From: Nemertoderma westbladi
Lineage: Eukaryota > Animalia > Xenacoelomorpha
Assembly: GCA_032718475.1 (NCBI GenBank)
Contig: JAUCBJ010006542.1
Coordinates: forward strand, 1 to 63,315
DNA length: 63,315 nt
Reading direction: 5' to 3'
The notes under the pieces are model-generated. The model was not told the origin of the DNA, searched no databases, and was given only the letters and a program-made list of their open reading frames with translations. Every line of letters starts with the position of its first letter. The first letter of the stretch is position 1. A program made the position numbers and the translations under genes. Of this stretch, positions 45,001-57,415 are shown in pieces.

Positions 45001-48000
45001 AATTGTTGCAACTTGTTTCCGAAACTTGTTTCTGTGTGTGAGGAGTCCAGCAACAAGTTGTTGCAACTTGTTTCCGAAACTTGTTTCTGTGTGTGAGGAG
45101 TACAGCAACAAGTTGTTGCAACTTGTTTCTGTGTGTGAGGACTCCAGCAACAAGTTGTTGCAACTTGTTTCCGAAACTTGTTTCTGTGTGTGAGGAGTAC
45201 AGCAACAAATTGTTGCAACTTGTTTCCGAAACTTGTTTCTGTGTGTGAGGAGTCCAGCAACAAATTGTTGCAACTTGTTTCCGAAACTTGTTTCTGTGTG
45301 TGAGGAGTCCAGCAACAAGTTGTTGCAACTTGTTTCTGTGTGTGAGGAGTCCAGCAACAAATTGTTGCATCTTGTTTCTGTGTGTGAGGAGTCCAGCAAC
45401 AAATTGTTGCAACTTGTTTCCGAAACTTGTTTCTGTGTGTGAGGAGTCCAGCAACAAATTGTTGCAACTTGTTTCCGAAACTTGTTTCTGTGTGTGAGGA
45501 GTCCAGCAACAAATTGTTGCAACTTGTTTCCGAAACTTGTTTCTGTGTGTGAGGAGTACAGCAACAAATTGTTGCAACTTGTTTCTGTGTGTGAGGAGTA
45601 CAGCAACAAATTGTTGCATCTTGTTTCTGTGTGTGAGGAGTCCAGCAACAAATTGTTGCAACTTGTTTCCGAAACTTGTTTCTGTGTGTGAGGAGTACAG
45701 CAACAAATTGTTGCAACTTGTTTCCGAAACTTGTTTCTGTGTGTGAGGAGTCCAGCAACAAATTGTTGCAACTTGTTTCCGAAACTTGTTTCTGTGTGTG
45801 AGGAGTACAGCAACAAATTGTTGCAACTTGTTTCCGAAACTTGTTTCTGTGTGTGAGGAGTCCAGCAACAAATTGTTGCAACTTGTTTCCGAAACTTGTT
45901 TCTGTGTGTGAGGAGTACAGCAACAAATTGTTGCAACTTGTTTCCGAAACTTGTTTCTGTGTGTGAGGAGTCCAGCAACAAATTGTTGCAACTTGTTTCC
46001 GAAACTTGTTTCTGTGTGTGAGGAGTCCAGCAACAAATTGTTGCAACTTGTTTCCGAAACTTGTTTCTGTGTGTGAGGAGTACAGCAACAAATTGTTGCA
46101 ACTTGTTTCCGAAACTTGTTTCTGTGTGTGAGGAGTCCAGCAACAAATTGTTGCAACTTGTTTCCGAAACTTGTTTCTGTGTGTGAGGAGTCCAGCAACA
46201 AATTGTTGCAACTTGTTTCCGAAACTTGTTTCTGTGTGTGAGGAGTCCAGCAACAAATTGTTGCAACTTGTTTCCGAAACTTGTTTCTGTGTGTGAGGAG
46301 TCCAGCAACAAATTGTTGCAACTTGTTTCCGAAACTTGTTTCTGTGTGTGAGGAGTCCAGCAACAAATTGTTGCAACTTGTTTCCGAAACTTGTTTCTGT
46401 GTGTGAGGAGTCCAGCAACAAATTGTTGCAACTTGTTTCCGAAACTTGTTTCTGTGTGTGAGGAGTCCAGCAACAAATTGTTGCAACTTGTTTCCGAAAC
46501 TTGTTTCTGTGTGTGAGGAGTACAGCAACAAATTGTTGCAACTTGTTTCCGAAACTTGTTTCTGTGTGTGAGGAGTACAGCAACAAATTGTTGCAACTTG
46601 TTTCCGAAACTTGTTTCTGTGTGTGAGGAGTCCAGCAACAAATTGTTGCAACTTGTTTCCGAAACTTATTTCTGTGTGTGAGGAGTCCAGCAACAAATTG
46701 TTGCAACTTGTTTCCGAAACTTGTTTCTGTGTGTGAGGAGTACAGCAACAAATTGTTGCAACTTGTTTCCGAAACTTGTTTCTGTGTGTGAGGAGTCCAG
46801 CAACAAATTGTTGCAACTTGTTTCCGAAACTTGTTTCTGTGTGTGAGGAGTCCAGCAACAAATTGTTGCAACTTGTTTCCGAAACTTGTTTCTGTGTGTG
46901 AGGAGTCCAGCAACAAATTGTTGCAACTTGTTTCCGAAACTTGTTTCTGTGTGTGAGGAGTCCAGCAACAAATTGTTGCAACTTGTTTCCGAAACTTATT
47001 TCTGTGTGTGAGGAGTCCAGCAACAAATTGTTGCAACTTGTTTCCGAAACTTGTTTCTGTGTGTGAGGAGTACAGCAACAAATTGTTGCAACTTGTTTCC
47101 GAAACTTGTTTCTGTGTGTGAGGAGTACAGCAACAAATTGTTGCAACTTGTTTCCGAAACTTATTTCTGTGTGTGAGGAGTCCAGCAACAAATTGTTGCA
47201 ACTTGTTTCCGAAACTTGTTTCTGTGTGTGAGGAGTCCAGCAACAAATTGTTGCAACTTGTTTCCGAAACTTGTTTCTGTGTGTGAGGAGTCCAGCAACA
47301 AGTTGTTGCAACTTGTTTCCGAAACTTGTTTCTGTGTGTGAGGAGTCCAGCAACAAGTTGTTGCAACTTGTTTCCGAAACTTGTTTCTGTGTGTGAGGAG
47401 TCCAGCAACAAATTGTTGCAACTTGTTTCTGTGTGTGAGGAGTACAGCAACAAATTGTTGCAACTTGTTTCCGAAACCTGTTTCTGTGTGTGAGGAGTCC
47501 AGCAACAAGTTGTTGCAACTTGTTTCCGAAACTTGTTTCTGTGTGTGAGGAGTCCAGCAACAAATTGTTGCAACTTGTTTCTGTGTGTGAGGAGTACAGC
47601 AACAAATTGTTGCAACTTGTTTCCGAAACTTGTTTCTGTGTGTGAGGAGTCCAGCAACAAATTGTTGCAACTTGTTTCCGAAACTTGTTTCTGTGTGTGA
47701 GGAGTCCAGCAACAAATTGTTGCAACTTGTTTCTGTGTGTGAGGAGTACAGCAACAAATTGTTGCAACTTGTTTCTGTGTGTGAGGAGTACAGCAACAAA
47801 TTGTTGCAACTTGTTTCTGTGTGTGAGGAGTACAGCAACAAATTGTTGCAACTTGTTTCTGTGTGTGAGGAGTCCAGCAACAAATTGTTGCAACTTGTTT
47901 CCGAAACTTGTTTCTGTGTGTGAGGGAGTCCAGCAACAAATTGTTGCAACTTGTTTCTGTGTGTGAGGAGTACAGCAACAAATTGTTGCAACTTGTTTCT

Positions 48001-51000
48001 GTGTGTGAGGAGTACAGCAACAAATTGTTGCAACTTGTTTCTGTGTGTGAGGAGTACAGCAACAAATTGTTGCAACTTGTTTCTGTGTGTGAGGAGTACA
48101 GCAACAAATTGTTGCAACTTGTTTCCGAAACTTGTTTCTGTGTGTGAGGAGTCCAGCAACAAATTGTTGCAACTTGTTTCTGTGTGTGAGGAGTACAGCA
48201 ACAAATTGTTGCAACTTGTTTCCGAAACTTGTTTCTGTGTGTGAGGAGTCCAGCAACAAATTGTTGCAACTTGTTTCCGAAACTTGTTTCTGTGTGTGAG
48301 GAGTCCAGCAACAAATTGTTGCAACTTGTTTCTGTGTGTGAGGAGTCCAGCAACAAATTGTTGCAACTTGTTTCCGAAACTTGTTTCTGTGTGTGAGGAG
48401 TCCAGCAACAAATTGTTGCAACTTGTTTCTGTGTGTGAGGAGTCCAGCAACAAATTGTTGCAACTTGTTTCTGTGTGTGAGGAGTACAGCAACAAATTGT
48501 TGCAACTTGTTTCCGAAACTTGTTTCTGTGTGTGAGGAGTCCAGCAACAAATTGTTGCAACTTGTTTCTGTGTGTGAGGAGTACAGCAACAAATTGTTGC
48601 AACTTGTTTCCGAAACTTGTTTCTGTGTGTGAGGAGTACAGCAACAAATTGTTGCAACTTGTTTCCGAAACTTGTTTCTGTGTGTGAGGAGTCCAGCAAC
48701 AAATTGTTGCAACTTGTTTCTGTGTGTGAGGAGTCCAGCAACAAATTGTTGCAACTTGTTTCTGTGTGTGAGGAGTACAGCAACAAATTGTTGCAACTTG
48801 TTTCCGAAACTTGTTTCTGTGTGTGAGGAGTACAGCAACAAGTTGTTGCAACTTGTTTCTGTGTGTGAGGAGTCCAGCAACAAATTGTTGCAACTTGTTT
48901 CTGTGTGTGAGGAGTCCAGCAACAAATTGTTGCAACTTGTTTCTGTGTGTGAGGAGTACAGCAACAAATTGTTGCAACTTGTTTCCGAAACTTGTTTCTG
49001 TGTGTGAGGAGTACAGCAACAAGTTGTTGCAACTTGTTTCTGTGTGTGAGGAGTACAGCAACAAATTGTTGCAACTTGTTTCCGAAACTTGTTTCTGTGT
49101 GTGAGGAGTCCAGCAACAAATTGTTGCAACTTGTTTCTGTGTGTGAGGAGTCCAGCAACAAATTGTTGCAACTTGTTTCTGTGTGTGAGGAGTCCAGCAA
49201 CAAATTGTTGCAACTTGTTTCCGAAACTTGTTTCTGTGTGTGAGGAGTCCAGCAACAAGTTGTTGCAACTTGTTTCTGTGTGTGAGGAGTCCAGCAACAA
49301 ATTGTTGCAACTTGTTTCTGTGTGTGAGGAGTCCAGCAACAAATTGTTGCAACTTGTTTCCGAAACTTGTTTCTGTGTGTGAGGAGTCCAGCAACAAATT
49401 GTTGCAACTTGTTTCTGTGTGTGAGGAGTCCAGCAACAAATTGTTGCAACTTGTTTCCGAAACTTGTTTCTGTGTGTGAGGACTCCAGCAACAAGTTGTT
49501 GCAACTTGTTTCTGTGTGTGAGGAGTCCAGCAACAAATTGTTGCAACTTGTTTCCGAAACTTGTTTCTGTGTGTGAGGAGTCCAGCAACAAGTTGTTGCA
49601 ACTTGTTTCTGTGTGTGAGGAGTCCAGCAACAAATTGTTGCAACTTGTTTCCGAAACTTGTTTCTGTGTGTGAGGAGTCCAGCAACAAATTGTTGCAACT
49701 TGTTTCCGAAACTTGTTTCTGTGTGTGAGGAGTACAGCAACAAATTGTTGCAACTTGTTTCTGTGTGTGAGGAGTACAGCAACAAATTGTTGCAACTTGT
49801 TTCTGTGTGTGAGGAGTCCAGCAACAAATTGTTGCAACTTGTTTCTGTGTGTGAGGAGTCCAGCAACAAATTGTTGCAACTTGTTTCCGAAACTTGTTTC
49901 TGTGTGTGAGGAGTCCAGCAACAAATTGTTGCAACTTGTTTCCGAAACTTGTTTCTGTGTGTGAGGAGTACAGCAACAAATTGTTGCAACTTGTTTCTGT
50001 GTGTGAGGAGTACAGCAACAAATTGTTGCAACTTGTTTCTGTGTGTGAGGAGTACAGCAACAAATTGTTGCAACTTGTTTCCGAAACTTGTTTCTGTGTG
50101 TGAGGAGTACAGCAACAAATTGTTGCAACTTGTTTCTGTGTGTGAGGAGTCCAGCAACAAGTTGTTGCAACTTGTTTCTGTGTGTGAGGAGTCCAGCAAC
50201 AAGTTGTTGCAACTTGTTTCTGTGTGTGAGGAGTCCAGCAACAAATTGTTGCAACTTGTTTCTGTGTGTGAGGAGTACAGCAACAAATTGTTGCAACTTG
50301 TTTCTGTGTGTGAGGAGTACAGCAACAAATTGTTGCAACTTGTTTCCGAAACTTGTTTCTGTGTGTGAGGAGTCCAGCAACAAGTTGTTGCAACTTGTTT
50401 CTGTGTGTGAGGAGTCCAGCAACAAATTGTTGCAACTTGTTTCTGTGTGTGAGGAGTACAGCAACAAATTGTTGCAACTTGTTTCTGTGTGTGAGGAGTA
50501 CAGCAACAAATTGTTGCAACTTGTTTCTGTGTGTGAGGAGTACAGCAACAAATTGTTGCAACTTGTTTCCAAAACTTGTTTCTGTGTGTGAGGAGTACAG
50601 CAACAAATTGTTGCAACTTGTTTCTGTGTGTGAGGAGTCCAGCAACAAGTTGTTGCAACTTGTTTCTGTGTGTGAGGAGTGCAGCAACAAGTTGTTGCAA
50701 CTTGTTTCTGTGTGTGAGGAGTCCAGCAACAAATTGTTGCAACTTGTTTCTGTGTGTGAGGAGTACAGCAACAAATTGTTGCAACTTGTTTCCAAAACTT
50801 GTTTCTGTGTGTGAGGAGTACAGCAACAAATTGTTGCAACTTGTTTCTGTGTGTGAGGAGTCCAGCAACAAGTTGTTGCAACTTGTTTCTGTGTGTGAGG
50901 AGTGCAGCAACAAGTTGTTGCAACTTGTTTCTGTGTGTGAGGAGTCCAGCAACAAATTGTTGCAACTTGTTTCTGTGTGTGAGGAGTACAGCAACAAATT

Positions 51001-54000
51001 GTTGCAACTTGTTTCCAAAACTTGTTTCTGTGTGTGAGGAGTGCAGCAACAAATTGTTGCAACTTGTTTCTGTGTGTGAGGAGTCCAGCAACAAGTTGTT
51101 GCAACTTGTTTCTGTGTGTGAGGAGTCCAGCAACAAGTTGTTGCAACTTGTTTCTGTGTGTGAGGAGTCCAGCAACAAGTTGTTGCAACTTGTTTCCGAA
51201 ACTTGTTTCTGTGTGTGAGGAGTCCAGCAACAAGTTGTTGCAACTTGTTTCTGTGTGTGAGGAGTCCAGCAACAAGTTGTTGCAACTTGTTTCTGAAACT
51301 TGTTTCTGTGTGTGAGGAGTCCAGCAACAAGTTGTTGCAACTTGTTTCCGAAACTTGTTTCTGTGTGTGAGGAGTCCAGCAACAAGTTGTTGCAACTTGT
51401 TTCCGAAACTTGTTTCTGTGTGTGAGGAGTCCAGCAACAAGTTGTTGCAACTTGTTTCCGAAACTTGTTTCTGTGTGTGAGGAGTCCAGCAACAAATTGT
51501 TGCAACTTGTTTCTGTGTGTGAGGAGTCCAGCAACAAGTTGTTGCAACTTGTTTCCGAAACTTGTTTCTGTGTGTGAGGAGTCCAGCAACAAATTGTTGC
51601 AACTTGTTTCCGAAACTTGTGTCTGTGTGTGAGGAGTCCAGCAACAAATTGTTGCAACTTGTTTCCGAAACTTGTGTCTGTGTGTGAGGAGTCCAGCAAC
51701 AAATTGTTGCAACTTGTTTCTGTGTGTGAGGAGTCCAGCAACAAATTGTTGCAACTTGTTTCTGTGTGTGAGGAGTCCAGCAACAAATTGTTGCAACTTG
51801 TTTCCGAAACTTGTTTCTGTGTGTGAGGAGTCCAGCAACAAATTGTTGCAACTTGTTTCCGAAACTTGTTTCTGTGTGTGAGGAGTCCAGCAACAAATTG
51901 TTGCAACTTGTTTCTGTGTGTGAGGAGTACAGCAACAAATTGTTGCAACTTGTTTCTGTGTGTGAGGAGTACAGCAACAAGTTGTTGCAACTTGTTTCCG
52001 AAACTTGTTTCTGTGTGTGAGGAGTCCAGCAACAAATTGTTGCAACTTGTTTCCGAAACTTGTGTCTGTGTGTGAGGAGTCCAGCAACAAATTGTTGCAA
52101 CTTGTTTCCGAAACTTGTGTCTGTGTGTGAGGAGTCCAGCAACAAATTGTTGCAACTTGTTTCTGTGTGTGAGGAGTCCAGCAACAAATTGTTGCAACTT
52201 GTTTCTGTGTGTGAGGAGTCCAGCAACAAATTGTCGCAACTTGTTTCCGAAACTTGTTTCTGTGTGTGAGGAGTCCAGCAACAAATTGTTGCAACTTGTT
52301 TCCGAAACTTGTTTCTGTGTGTGAGGAGTCCAGCAACAAATTGTTGCAACTTGTTTCTGTGTGTGAGGAGTCCAGCAACAAATTGTTGCAACTTGTTTCT
52401 GTGTGTGAGGAGTACAGCAACAAATTGTTGCAACTTGTTTCTGTGTGTGAGGAGTCCAGCAACAAATTGTTGCAACTTGTTTCTGTGTGTGAGGAGTACA
52501 GCAACAAATTGTTGCAACTTGTTTCTGTGTGTGAGGAGTCCAGCAACAAATTGTTGCAACTTGTTTCCGAAACTTGTTTCTGTGTGTGAGGAGTACAGCA
52601 ACAAATTGTTGCAACTTGTTTCCGAAACTTGTTTCTGTGTGTGAGGAGTCCAGCAACAAGTTGTTGCAACTTGTTTCTGTGTGTGAGGAGTCCAGCAACA
52701 AATTGTTGCAACTTGTTTCTGTGTGTGAGGAGTCCAGCAACAAATTGTTGCAACTTGTTTCTGTGTGTGAGGAGTACAGCAACAAATTGTTGCAACTTGT
52801 TTCCGAAACTTGTTTCTGTGTGTGAGGAGTCCAGCAACAAGTTGTTGCAACTTGTTTCTGTGTGTGAGGAGTCCAGCAACAAATTGTTGCAACTTGTTTC
52901 TGTGTGTGAGGAGTACAGCAACAAATTGTTGCAACTTGTTTCTGTGTGTGAGGAGTACAGCAACAAATTGTTGCAACTTGTTTCCGAAACTTGTTTCTGT
53001 GTGTGAGGAGTCCAGCAACAAGTTGTTGCAACTTGTTTCTGTGTGTGAGGAGTCCAGCAACAAATTGTTGCAACTTGTTTCTGTGTGTGAGGAGTCCAGC
53101 AACAAATTGTTGCAACTTGTTTCTGTGTGTGAGGAGTACAGCAACAAATTGTTGCAACTTGTTTCCAAAACTTGTTTCTGTGTGTGAGGAGTGCAGCAAC
53201 AAGTTGTTGCAACTTGTTTCTGTGTGTGAGGAGTCCAGCAACAAATTGTTGCAACTTGTTTCTGTGTGTGAGGAGTACAACAACAAATTGTTGCAACTTG
53301 TTTCCAAAACTTGTTTCTGTGTGTGAGGAGTGCAGCAACAAATTGTTGCAACTTGTTTCTGTGTGTGAGGAGTCCAGCAACAAGTTGTTGCAACTTGTTT
53401 CTGTGTGTGAGGAGTCCAGCAACAAGTTGTTGCAACTTGTTTCTGTGTGTGAGGAGTCCAGCAACAAGTTGTTGCAACTTGTTTCCGAAACTTGTTTCTG
53501 TGTGTGAGGAGTCCAGCAACAAGTTGTTGCAACTTGTTTCTGTGTGTGAGGAGTCCAGCAACAAGTTGTTGCAACTTGTTTCTGTGTGTGAGGAGTCCAG
53601 CAACAAGTTGTTGCAACTTGTTTCCGAAACTTGTTTCTGTGTGTGAGGAGTCCAGCAACAAGTTGTTGCAACTTGTTTCCGAAACTTGTTTCTGTGTGTG
53701 AGGAGTCCAGCAACAAGTTGTTGCAACTTGTTTCCGAAACTTGTTTCTGTGTGTGAGGAGTCCAGCAACAAGTTGTTGCAACTTGTTTCCGAAACTTGTT
53801 TCTGTGTGTGAGGAGTCCAGCAACAAATTGTTGCAACTTGTTTCTGTGTGTGAGGAGTCCAGCAACAAGTTGTTGCAACTTGTTTCCGAAACTTGTTTCT
53901 GTGTGTGAGGAGTCCAGCAACAAGTTGTTGCAACTTGTTTCTGTGTGTGAGGAGTACAGCAACAAATTGTTGCAACTTGTTTCCGAAACTTGTTTCTGTG

Positions 54001-55796
54001 TGTGAGGAGTCCAGCAACAAGTTGTTGCAACTTGTTTCCGAAACTTGTTTCTGTGTGTGAGGAGTCCAGCAACAAATTGTTGCAACTTGTTTCTGTGTGT
54101 GAGGAGTACAGCAACAAATTGTTGCAACTTGTTTCCGAAACTTGTTTCTGTGTGTGAGGAGTACAGCAACAAATTGTTGCAACTTGTTTCTGTGTGTGAG
54201 GAGTACAGCAACAAATTGTTGCAACTTGTTTCCGAAACTTGTTTCTGTGTGTGAGGAGTCCAGCAACAAATTGTTGCAACTTGTTTCCGAAACTTGTGTC
54301 TGTGTGTGAGGAGTCCAGCAACAAATTGTTGCAACTTGTTTCCGAAACTTGTGTCTGTGTGTGAGGAGTCCAGCAACAAATTGTTGCAACTTGTTTCCGA
54401 AACTTGTGTCTGTGTGTGAGGAGTCCAGCAACAAATTGTTGCAACTTGTTTCCGAAACTTGTTTCTGTGTGTGAGGAGTCCAGCAACAAATTGCTGCAAC
54501 TTGTTTCCGAAACTTGTGTCTGTGTGTGAGGAGTCCAGCAACAAATTGTTGCAACTTGTTTCCGAAACTTGTGTCTGTGTGTGAGGAGTCCAGCAACAAA
54601 TTGTTGCAACTTGTTTCCGAAACTTGTGTCTGTGTGTGAGGAGTCCAGCAACAAATTGTTGCAACTTGTTTCCGAAACTTGTTTCTGTGTGTGAGGAGTC
54701 CAGCAACAAATTGCTGCAACTTGTTTCCGAAACTTGTTTCTGTGTGTGAGGAGTCCAGCAACAAGTTGTTGCAACTTGTTTCCGAAACTTGTTTCTGTGT
54801 GTGAGGAGTCCAGCAACAAATTGTTGCAACTTGTTTCCGAAACTTGTTTCTGTGTGTGAGGAGTCCAGCAACAAGTTGTTGCAACTTGTTTCCGAAACTT
54901 GTTTCTGTGTGTGAGGAGTCCAGCAACAAATTGTTGCAACTTGTTTCCGAAACTTGTTTCTGTGTGTGAGGAGTCCAGCAACAAATTGTTGCAACTTGTT
55001 TCCGAAACTTGTGTCTGTGTGTGAGGAGTCCAGCAACAAATTGTTGCAACTTGTTTCCGAAACTTGTGTCTGTGTGTGAGGAGTCCAGCAACAAATTGTT
55101 GCAACTTGTTTCCGAAACTTGTTTCTGTGTGTGAGGAGTCCAGCAACAAATTGCTGCAACTTGTTTCCGAAACTTGTTTCTGTGTGTGAGGAGTCCAGCA
55201 ACAAATTGTTGCAACTTGTTTCCGAAACATGTTTCTGTGTGTGAGGAGTCCAGCAACAAGTTGTTGCAACTTGTTTCCGAAACATGTTTCTGTGTGTGAG
55301 GAGTCCAGCAACAAATTGTTGCATCTTGTTTCCGAAACTTGTTTCTGTGTGTGAGGAGTCCAGCAACAAGTTGTTGCAACTTGTTTCCGAAACTTGTTTC
55401 TGTGTGTGAGGAGTCCAGCAACAAGTTGTTGCAACTTGTTTCCGAAACTTGTTTCTGTGTGTGAGGAGTCCAGCAACAAATTGTTGCATCTTGTTTCCGA
55501 AACTTGTTTCTGTGTGTGAGGAGTCCAGCAACAAGTTGTTGCAACTTGTTTCCGAAACTTGTTTCTGTGTGTGAGGAGTCCAGCAACAAGTTGTTGCAAC
55601 TTGTTTCCGAAACTTGTTTCTGTGTGTGAGGAGTCCAGCAACAAGTTGTTGCAACTTGTTTCCGAAACTTGTTTCTGTGTGTGAGGACTCCAGCAACAAG
55701 TTGTTGCAACTTGTTTCCGAAACTTGTTTCTGTGTGTGAGGACTCCAGCAACAAGTTGTTGCAACTTGTTTCCGAAACTTGTTTCTGTGTGTGAGG
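30057..55796. repeat. 25.7-kb satellite array of 55-bp units and 42-bp deletion variants (roughly 500 units)
   Basis: Unit ttgtttctgtgtgtgaggagt(c/a)cagcaacaa(a/g)ttgttgcaacttgtttccgaaac. The 42-mer lacks the 13 bp between two internal aacttgtttc direct repeats. The unit contains the dyad gcaacaa-N-ttgttgc. Confidence 0.99.
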
Positions 55797-55950
55797 TGAG
55801 TTATATTCCCAGCAATTTTTTTTAAAAACTTTTATTACCGCCACTTCCAATTTTTATGCTATCTAACATTCGATAATTTGAGTGATTTGATATTATATAT
55901 AAATGACTGGATATGTTAGCTATTTATTTTGAAATAATTGCTATTTTCTT

Positions 55951-56165
55951 GAGCAACAAGTTGCTGTGTGTGAGGAGGTCCAGCAACAAGTTTCAGAAAC
56001 TAGATGATGTGCGTGAGGAGGTTTAGCAACAAGCTTCAGAAACAAGTTGATGTGTGTGAGGAGGTCTAGCAACAAGCTTCAGAAACAAGTTGCAGAAACA
56101 AGTTGCTCCGTGTGAGGTGGTCCACAATAAGTTGCAGAAACAAGTTGCTACGTGTGAGGGGGGCC
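55951..56165 (+). mobile_element. Right end of a PIF/Harbinger-like non-autonomous element with diverged satellite-related subterminal repeats
   Basis: Units of about 43 bp (tgtgtgtgaggaggtccagcaacaag...gaaacaagttg) end in cgtgtgaggggggcc followed by TAA. This fits a GGCC-starting TIR with a TAA target site. The left end was not found. Confidence 0.55.
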
Positions 56166-56195
56166 TAAACGAGTACGAAACAACGTGAATAACTG

Positions 56196-56468
56196 GCCCA
56201 TGTAAAGAATACCAGACTTTCTGCCGTTATATTTCACTTTGCAGTTACCCCCATGTGAAGAATACCAGGTTTTCACAAAAAAAACAGGTTACAGAAGGGC
56301 TGAATCTAACCAAAACAATAAACGAATTAGTATATGTACAGGTTATAAGACATAAATAAGCGCTATAAAACACTTAAAAGATAAATTAAAAAAAATAAAA
56401 AATCTTCATATATAAAATTCCAATAAAAAGTCGACCGAAAAGTGAAATCCTGGTATTCTTCACATGGG
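56196..56468. mobile_element. MITE family B (TIR cccatgtgaagaataccagg / cctggtattcttcacatggg; left TIR duplicated)
   Basis: Inverted termini at 56250-56276 and 56442-56468, with an extra left-TIR copy at 56196. It contains the caggttacag...aaccaaaacaataaac core. Confidence 0.7.
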
Positions 56469-56713
56469 CGAAATAACTCATAATATGTCAGACGGACCGG
56501 CCCCGCAACAACCTTAGCCACATCCTTTTTTTATTATTTTTATTTTTTATTTTTTTTATTATTTTTTTTTATCCTTTTCCGATTATTATTGAAAATTAAA
56601 ACCTTCTCTTAGCATACGGTTATCTCAATCAGGCCTTCAAGAAGCTAAGATAAAAGCAGTAAATTAAGTTGATTGCGGTAAAAAAGGGCTTTTTCAGCCT
56701 GTCCTTTCATGGA

Positions 56714-56810
56714 AATTAATTATTTTCTAGTATAAGATTTAAATAATTATTATTTTCTAGTATAAGATATAAATAATTATTATTTTCTAGTATAAGATTT
56801 AATTAATTAT
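56714..56810. repeat. 30-bp AT-rich tandem repeat, three copies (tattttctagtataagatttaaataattat)
   Basis: Directly visible with 30-bp period. Confidence 0.85.
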
Positions 56811-57415
56811 ACTTGCTGGATAATGCCTGGCTGGAAACCTATGGCATACATTTAGTATCCATATTCAATAATTTAATACGAGTTATATTATTGCTCGTTT
56901 AAAATGATTTTGCCATGCTGAATTATTTCGATTGATATTATTGATCGATTTAAATAATGTTTCAAAACTGCATTATTTTGCTTAACAGTTAAACTGGTCA
57001 ACGTCTTCATTTACTTTTGTTTCGAATTGGTAGGAACAAAAATTTGTGTTTTATCAATTTCTTCAGTCTATTGGCTAATTATATAGAATATAGTTTAAAA
57101 CAAGAGTTCCATTATTTTAAAGTAAGGTGGGACCTCACAATAATACAATTTTCATGAGTTGTCCTACAACAACATTATGAACGTGGTTGTCAAACAACAT
57201 TACTGATTTGCCTAGTATTTCAGAAAATATAGGTATTGGTCCTTCGAAATTGGTATCTATGGCAGACAATATTGAGTATAACATTTAATTATAATCGTGC
57301 AGAGTAGACAGATGGCTTGGCTATAGGTACTTGTCTTGTTGTTGAAGCACAACATCATACTAATATTCATACAATCTATTTGCTATTTACATTTGGATAA
57401 GTTATCCTTATAAGA

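Noticed and set aside
30162-54254. Dozens of short plus-strand ORFs (MFLCVRSPAT...)
   Set aside because: They are translations of satellite monomers, useful only as markers of repeat periodicity.
30057-55796. CRISPR-like array (palindromic repeats at regular spacing); also considered for 1355-2949 and 4420-4719
   Set aside because: There are no unique spacers and no cas genes, and the context is eukaryotic.
29996-55850. Giant minus-strand ORFs (8567, 5456, 4113, 4113 and 2867 aa)
   Set aside because: The satellite unit has no TAA/TAG/TGA on the minus strand in any frame, so all three frames are open by default. The listed starts are mostly TTG, the peptide cycles through all three frames of the 55-mer, and the few stop-creating variants (30271, 31143, 43509, 46666-47161) could miss one frame by chance.
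56590-56620. Left TIR of the piggyBac (ttaaaaccttctcttagcat)
   Set aside because: It matches the expected ttaa-ccctttactgcatg too poorly to call.
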